From Octopus vulgaris (taxonomy: Eukaryota), in the NCBI GenBank assembly GCA_951406725.2, contig OX597819.1, positions 25,192,001 to 25,316,000 of the forward strand: a stretch of 124,000 nucleotides of DNA, in the 5' to 3' direction. Numbering within the stretch: the first letter of the stretch is position 1; every line of letters begins with the position of its first letter. Made by a program: the position numbers and the translations under genes. The notes below the pieces were generated by a model. It saw only the letters and a list, made by a program, of their open reading frames with translations. It ran no database searches and was not told the DNA's origin. Below, piece by piece: positions 116,330-124,000 of the stretch.

Positions 116330-118320
116330 TAGGCCAAATACTAAGAAATCAGAGATATCTGCACTTAAACGCCTACAAAACGATAAAACAGAAATCATTA
116401 AGCAAGCAGATAAAGGGGGTGCAATTGTTATAATGGATGCAGAATACTACAGGGATTTAGTTGAGGACCAATTGTAGGACACAACATTCTTCTGTGAAAT
116501 ACCTGCAAATATAGACCACCGCATCATGAAAAAAGTCAATAACCTGGCTTAAAAACAATACAACTCACTCAACATTGACGAAAGAGACTACATTACCAAT
116601 TTCGAACCAAAACCCAGCAACTTCTATGGCTTACCAAAAATACACAAGTCAAAAGAAATTCAAACATGCAGTAAAGGAACAAGAAAGTGAGTGCTTAAAA
116701 TTACTACACCCGAAAGACCTAAAACTCAGACCTATTATAGCTGGTTCACTATGCCCTACATAGATACGCATACATACATACATACATACATACATACATA
116801 AATACTCACTTATGTATACACGATACGATACAATACATATAAATATTAACAGTTAATAAGTTTACTAACCTTCAGAAATGAATAAAAGAATGCTTAGAAC
116901 AGTTTGGAGACACGAGACGTGAAACCTTAAATTACAACCTGTATTTAAATTTATTGACATAATATTGACACCATTTTGAAACCATTATGTACCCACATGC
117001 CTAGTTTCATCCTGGATGATATCGACTTCCTGTCCCACCTTCCCAAAACAACGGAATCAAATTAACCTTTACTTAGTTTTGATGTAGTAAGCATTTCTAC
117101 CAATATTGCACATAATTTAGGAATAAAGGCGATTAAATACCGGGTGGAAAAACATAAAGTGATTCCCAGTAGATTCACGGTGCCATTTATATTAAACGCT
117201 GTCCAACTTATTCTTGAATATAACACATTCTTTTTCAATTGAAAGAACTACATTCAGGTTAGAGGCACAGCAATGGGAACGAGATTTGCTCACGTTTATG
117301 CGAACGCCGCAATAGGATATTTAGAAAACAACTCTATCAAAGAGTAGAGGAAATCTACGGCATTGAATTTAGAAGGTATATTGAAGATGCACGGAAGAGA
117401 TATCTTGACGATTGCTTCATAATCAGGACAAACTCTCTAGATAATCTGGAAGAATTTAATAACCTCCTGAACAACCTGCACCTAACTCCCCAATTACAAA
117501 GGAGATGAATAATAACAAATTACCATTTCTAGACATAATGATGATTAAAAAGTGATATCAACATCACCACTGATATGTACAATAAACACACAGACACGCA
117601 CCAATACCTGAACTTTAAAGCGTGCCATCTAGCACATAAAAAACGCAATATCCCATACTGCCTAGCCAGGAAAATTTGTACCATTGTGAAAGATGTAAAT
117701 ACTAGAGACAAACGCCTAACAGAACTCAAAGAATTTCTCCTTACACAAAAATGGCCTGTCTCTACTTATAGAAAATGGTATACAGCGTGCTATAGAAATA
117801 CTCATACAACGTAGGGCAACCCCCAAAAAGAGGAAAACAAGAACAAGTCACACTATTTATAGTGACACACAATCCGTGTCATCAAAATATCTTTAGCATT
117901 GCACAAAGCAAACTTACCGATCATTGCTCAAAGTAATAAATTAAAGGATATAATCACAGATCGTGCTATGATTCCAAGTAAAAGAAAGCCGAAGAACTTG
118001 AAACAATTATTAACAAAGGCAAAGATTGATCTAAGCAACAATGACGAATCATCAATCGCATCTAAATGCAATGATAATCGCTGTGGTACATGTCAATTAA
118101 CACACGCCGGTCAATATATGAACACAAAAATCAGAAGAATATTTTCCAATGGAAATATGAACTGCAAAAGCAGAAATTTAATTTACTGCATCAAATGCTC
118201 GAATTTTGCAGATATATACGTTGGTCAGACTGGAAATGCATTGCGGGAACTTCACCCAAGAGTAGGGTGTCATTCTTCTCTACAGTCCAATAGAGAAAGT
118301 GAACCCATTACTGCATGATA
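116330..118320 (+). mobile_element. Penelope-like element (RT plus GIY-YIG), degenerate
   Basis: IIKQADKGGAIVIMD, PKIHK, LRPIIAG, SFDVVS, GTAMGTRFA, RYLDDCF, LPFLDI, KHTDTHQYLNF, CKSRNLIYCIKC..IYVGQTG; multiple stops and frameshifts. Confidence 0.92.
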
Positions 118321-121171
118321 ATATAAAAAAGAATTGCTAATTCCCCTATACAGATAGATCGCTTATTACATAGAACTATCTAGCTAGATACATAAAAACA
118401 TAAATAGATTAGACAGATAGTGATAATAGATAAAAAGATTAATACATGCATATACATAGATTGATAAATCGAGACAGATGGAAAAATGAAAATATAAAGA
118501 GATTAATAAACAGTTATTCTTTTATTTGAGACTTGACGCTAATTGGTTCAATCTGCAAGATGTCGTTACAGAGCTAAAATTCTACTTTTGTATCACATAT
118601 TACATCACATATTAAGAATTTAATTCAACGTAAATAATACAAAAATAAATAGATAAAAAGATATATATATATGTATACATAATTTAATATACACAGTATT
118701 TAAATATGAGCTGCTATTAGTTTCATTCGGTGAGACTGTGAAAACACATTAAGCATTAGAATAAGTTCTCCTTCCGGGGGTCATATCGACACCCAGGGTC
118801 GATTTTTTGGATTCTCTAGCATATATACCTGCAGATCCACTGCAGGAATACTCACTTTTGCCAGGTGAATGGACTGAAGCAACGTGGAATGAAGTGTTAT
118901 GCTCAAGAGCCCAACGCCCACTCCAAAAATCGAAATCACAATCTTACGATCAGGAATCCAACACCCTAACTACACACATACACACACATAAGAGAAGTAA
119001 ATGGAATTCACAAATCCAGAAGGATACCAATAAAACACCCAGTGTTAAACGAATTTGGTCAACTACAGCCAAGAATCAGATATCAATAAATGCAAGTAGA
119101 ATACGATTCCAAAATAATGCCTCATGTTTAACAAGTAAATCCAGAATATCGTTTAGAAGAATTTCAAGAAATTCGGAGTGTCAGACAACAAAGATCAGAA
119201 TGGAGAAAATCAAATGTTTAATAGGTAATTAAACTGTAGCAATAAACATTTTAGCCATTTTGAAATGTGGCGCGAATTGGCAATATGACGTAATGTCTTT
119301 GCCGAAGAATTATCATTTTCGTTTTTTTCCCATTGGTTAATATAACTGCTCATATAAAGATTCTAGAAGTTTCGAAAAGAATGTTTGTCCTGAATTTCGA
119401 TTCTTTTTGGTCAGGTTGAGCAGTTATAAAAGCCCTGGATTTGGGGAGAAACTTTAGTGTTCATTGGTGTCACATAACTCCACGTCACTCACTTTTTTGG
119501 AGGCATCGGTAAATTTTATGCCATGTCTACGTTAATCACAAATCTATTTTGATTTGTTGGTTAACGTATTAGATAGAAAGAAGAAATTAGCTAAGGAATT
119601 TATAGTCGTTTTTCTTCACGACGAAGTTATCTTTCTTTCTGTTAAAAAATATAAAATGTTATATTTGTATAATAAAACATAATTAAAAGGAAATGTTTCT
119701 CTTCACGTTTGTTTTTCAACTAAGCATAGATAAATATGCATTTCTGTAATCTTTGATTTATGTTTCTTACAGCGGTTTAAAGGATACGATTAAAATATTC
119801 AACATACATTGTCGTTGATGTAGCGTTCCATGCGTATATGTCTAGATGACGCTATAACTGCAGTTAGGGTTTTAGATATAATGATAACACTTGAGTATAA
119901 GTGACGTTGAATCATTATATTCTCCCTTACTCAGAGAAAAGCCTAAATAAATAATATAACCTAAGAGAAGGCTTAAGGTAGAATAACCGAAAACCGCCGT
120001 AACACCATATAACACCGACGATCGTTTTTGTTGTGTCAACATATTTAGATATAAAAGATATCAGTCAAATTAATATATCCGAAAATATATGTTAATACAA
120101 CGTTATCAAAGCAGTCCAAAATTGGTTAAATTCAATAAGATCTAAAAAAATATCTCTTGGAGACGAACACATACAAAAAGAACGTTAAGAAGAAGTGTAA
120201 CAGAAAAGTCATTTTAGTACTTGACTTTTGATGATGTCAGTAGATAAGGAAAATATAAGAATAAACATAGGAATTCTACCTTCCGACAATTAGAAACTTA
120301 GAAATTCGATGTCACAACAATTATCTATCTATTAAATATACTAAATATTTTTAAGAAAAATTATGCGTATTATGTTATATGAAAAGCAATTATAATTCAT
120401 GGGTTATAGAGAATTGAAGTATTTAAATGCTTTTCTATATTTGTGAGAACATTTCAATGTAAAATTACCTTTATAATTTAATAATATTAATTTAGAATTA
120501 ATTATATAATATGTATCCTCAAAGCAAAGATCACATTTGAAATTACCAGTACTGTACGGTGGTGCGTAACTAATAAGGGACAACTTTAAATCATACTTAA
120601 TGTTCCTATGCTTTAAGTTCCAAATGCACTTTTATATATACATAAGGTCCTGGGTGGGTAGAAAGATAGGGTATTTCCAATGCAGTACTCGACTCAAGCT
120701 TCAGGCAATCTACTCCAGACTAACATCGAAATTCTTCCGGTGTAGAGAATTGAAGTTTCACAGCGGTAAAATGGTTGCGTGCGTTTCGTGAAGAGTAAAA
120801 TATAATCTAAAGGAAAAGTTTAAGAAAGACTTTAAAACATTTTTAACGATCAGTTACACTTATCTCGGTACCAACTTTGCTTTCAATGCCAGTTAACGAA
120901 AAAAAGTCCAAGTGAAAATTTACGTAATATTTACGGTTTTAAATATTCATGGCACTTCTTCAGACCTGCATCAAAGATGTACTCTTACATTAACCTACCT
121001 TTGATGAAGGTCTGAGGAAGCGCCACTCTAATGTTTAAAATCGCAAATGTTACGTAAGTTTTCAGTTGGAACTTTTACGTGAACCGACGTTGAAAGCTAA
121101 GTTGGTACAGAGATAATTGTACCTGATAATTAAAGATGTGTTAAAATCTTCCTTTGTATTTTTATTTGGAT

Positions 121172-121233
<62 letters not shown>

Positions 121234-121725
121234 TGTGTGTGTATGTGTGTGTATGTGTGTGAGAGAGAGAGAGAGAGAAACTGGGAAAAGTGTCAGGCAT
121301 TGTAAAATGTTATAAAGACGCCGTAAAAATGTCCTTAAGTAATTTCCTTCCTAGTTGACAAATAAAAACAAACAAAAATCAAATGAAAAAAAAACCAAAA
121401 AAACAAAGTCTACCGGCAATTATTAGTGACTCTCAAAGAAAAGGGAAGATAATTTCAAAGCAATTAACAATTAATCTTTCAAAGTTAATTGAACATGCTT
121501 CGATGAAGGAAAACATGAATTTTGTTAACAGTCAAGAAGCAAGGAATGTTTAAGCTTTCATTCCTATTGCTGTTTTATTTAAAACATTCTAATAATTGAA
121601 TTTCACGCATTGAATTAACTAGGTTTCCATTATTGTTTAGCTCCTAGTCAACACTGCCATGAACAATCTGAACTAAATTATCTTATGTAACCCTTCCCAT
121701 CTTCTGTTTTGATATATATATATAC

Positions 121726-121813
<88 letters not shown>

Positions 121814-121909
121814 CGGGAAGCTTTATGAAAATAAACAAAAGACGAATGCAGGTGGAATACAAACAAACAATTGTATTAGTATGGCGCTCAGGAATATAAA
121901 TAAAACAAG

Positions 121910-121947
121910 TCTTTTACGTTTCGAGCCTACGCTCTTCAACAGAAAGA
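121910..121947 (-). ncRNA. Minimal hammerhead, CUGUUGA core variant
   Basis: Minus: TCTTT-CTGTTGA-A-GAGC.GTAG.GCTC-GAA-ACGT-A-AAAGA (GUA). Confidence 0.65.
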
Positions 121948-122011
121948 TACACAGAAAAGAAACACGGAAAGAAACAAGAAGAGAAAAAAATGCGTGCAGA
122001 AGCTACCGAAT

Positions 122012-122070
<59 letters not shown>

Positions 122071-122361
122071 TATGTTTATTCCCTCCCTGCTTGAGGTTAC
122101 CGTGGTCTTTTCCGTAGGCTTTTCTTTCCGCGGATAAACCTAATCTTGCTTTTTACATTTTAAAAATTCTTCTGTGATATACGATCACTTTTGATCGGAA
122201 TTTTATTTTATTTTATTTATTTTCGAAAAGGAAAGCTCAACATTTGTATTTGTGCCCTCTGTGTTCAGCCCTGTGTGGCCAATAAAGAAAGTTATATAAA
122301 TATATATATATTTACATTATTTACATTGGACAGATATGTGTCCTCATCTTGTTTGTTGTTT

Positions 122362-122406
122362 ACACAACGTTTCAGCTGATTTACTCTCCAGTTTTCATCA
122401 GGTGTC
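122362..122406 (-). ncRNA. Hammerhead motif of the 61-kb family, stem II partly decayed
   Basis: Minus: GACAC-CTGATGA-A-AACTG..CAGCT-GAAACGT-T-GTGT. Confidence 0.5.
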
Positions 122407-122864
122407 CTGGTAGAATTTTGAACCCTACCTTGGGTTCTCATTCCTAAAGTATCTTTTACTGACGTTATTATTAAAATATGTCCCTTACATATTTCAACTT
122501 CCAAAAACAAATTCGCTTCAGTTACTGTGGAGAAAACGTTCCCTCTTATGGCAAGAGGTGAAAAAAACACTATGTTTGCGCAGTGCTGTTCTCTATCAGA
122601 TTCTCAAACACGTTTCTAGTTCTTTAACAGTTATCAATGGGAAATACTGAAGAGAGATAACTCTGGCCAGGTTTTGAAGCCGTAGCTTGAATTAAAACAT
122701 AGTCAACAACATTGACTGGGTTACACTATTAGGCTTGCGTGGTCGAAAGAAATTCAGCAGGGTTTTATTCCCCTACCCCAGTAACTGCAGTGAATTTGTC
122801 ATTAGAAATTGAAAAATATCTGAAGGCTATTTTAACACTGACACTAGCGAACTTCCACCCACCT

Positions 122865-123250
122865 TATGCATATAGGCATGTTTACACTAACAAAAAGGGT
122901 AAAGCCCCCCCCCGCTTCGGTTATAAATGACCATGAGATTGCACCTAGGAATTATCCCCCCAGAAGTACAGGCCCGGACAATGTTGTTTATGGAAGACCA
123001 GCAGTCACCCACGTATGCCAGCATCCCCTCTCCACGCCACACCACCAGTGTTATCCAAGGGAAAGGCAAAGGCCAATACAGCTTGGCACCAGTGACATCG
123101 CAATTCATTTCTACAGCTGAGTGAATTGGAGCAGCGTGAAATAAAGTGTTTTGCTCAAGAACACAACTCACACAGCCTGGTCCAGGAATCAAACTCACTA
123201 CCTCATGATTGTGAGCCTGGCGCTCTAACCACTGAGCCATGAGCCTTCAC
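122865..123250 (-). mobile_element. tRNA-derived SINE (another family; copy at about 82150-82400)
   Basis: Reverse complement starts GGCTCATGGCTCAGTGGTTAGAGCGCCAGGC...; shared body with the 82-kb copy. Confidence 0.75.
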
Positions 123251-124000
123251 AATTTTTTAATGGTAATAATATTAAAATTTGATATGTTTATTTTGTAATT
123301 CTACTTTTAATACTTCGGCAGTTTACAGTGAAACTGTCAACAATACAAACCACTTTCAGTTTTTATTTGTTTAGGCTTTTGCTAAATTTTTCCAGCCATT
123401 GGAGTGCGGCCATGGTGGCGTATTGCCTTGAAGTGTTTAGTCGAACAATACCTCCTCTGTACTTAGCGTTTCGGCAAAAAAGACCGATTGATTAATTTAC
123501 CAGACTAAGAAAACAAAAAAACACCTCTGTACTTTCTCTTTTTAAGTAAGGTAATTAATCTATCGGTCCTTTTTTGCCGAAACGCTAAGTTATGGAGATG
123601 TAAACAAACCAACGCCAATTGTCAAGCTATGAGAAGACAAGCACAAAAAAACATACACACACACATGCAAGTATTCATATACAGACTAAATTCTACGCAG
123701 TTTCCACTTATTAAATTCATTCACAAGACGTAGGTCAACCTGGTGCTATAGCTGAAGCCACTCAACGAATTCAAAACTAGATGGCTGCGAACCAGATGTC
123801 TTAACTGCGCTGCTATGGCTGCATTGATCGATGAAGAAAGACAAAAAACGTAAAAATGGTTTGTAGCATAAAGACAATGCAGAGTCGAATAAATCGAGCC
123901 GAAGTATTTGACTGGTATCTTACATTATCATAGTTGGAAAGAATTACAGGTAGTCATCCTCTTCGGAATTTTGAAAGTTGATTGTGAAGACATTTTAACT

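Overview
AT-rich, microsatellite- and SINE-saturated animal DNA. The repeat families and simple-repeat load point to a coleoid cephalopod, most likely Octopus (inference, no database search). One host gene is supported: the 3' part of a transmembrane semaphorin-5 on the + strand, with four phase-1 coding exons (258-440/500, 50588-50752, 58858-59004, 61378-61775) encoding TSP1 repeats, a TM helix and a cytoplasmic tail, and a ~50 kb intron. The rest is intronic or intergenic: several tRNA-derived SINE families, a near-full-length R4/Dong element stacked with other Dong 3' ends in (TAA)n, Tx1/L1-like, RTE and Penelope-like (PLE) remnants, Helitrons, Tc1/mariner and piggyBac-type MITEs, fold-back elements and minisatellites. 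The most notable unannotated signal is about 17 type-I hammerhead ribozyme motifs read directly from the sequence (CUGANGA...GAAA core, short or palindromic stem III, NUH triplet, paired stem I). Several have long stem-II extensions, compensatory base changes or shared non-canonical cores. They repeatedly occur as head-to-head inverted pairs or at the tips of inverted-repeat elements, and one essentially intact copy lies on the sense strand of a semaphorin-5 intron. All structures were paired by eye and none is tested for cleavage. Repeat boundaries are approximate unless TSDs/TIRs are quoted.
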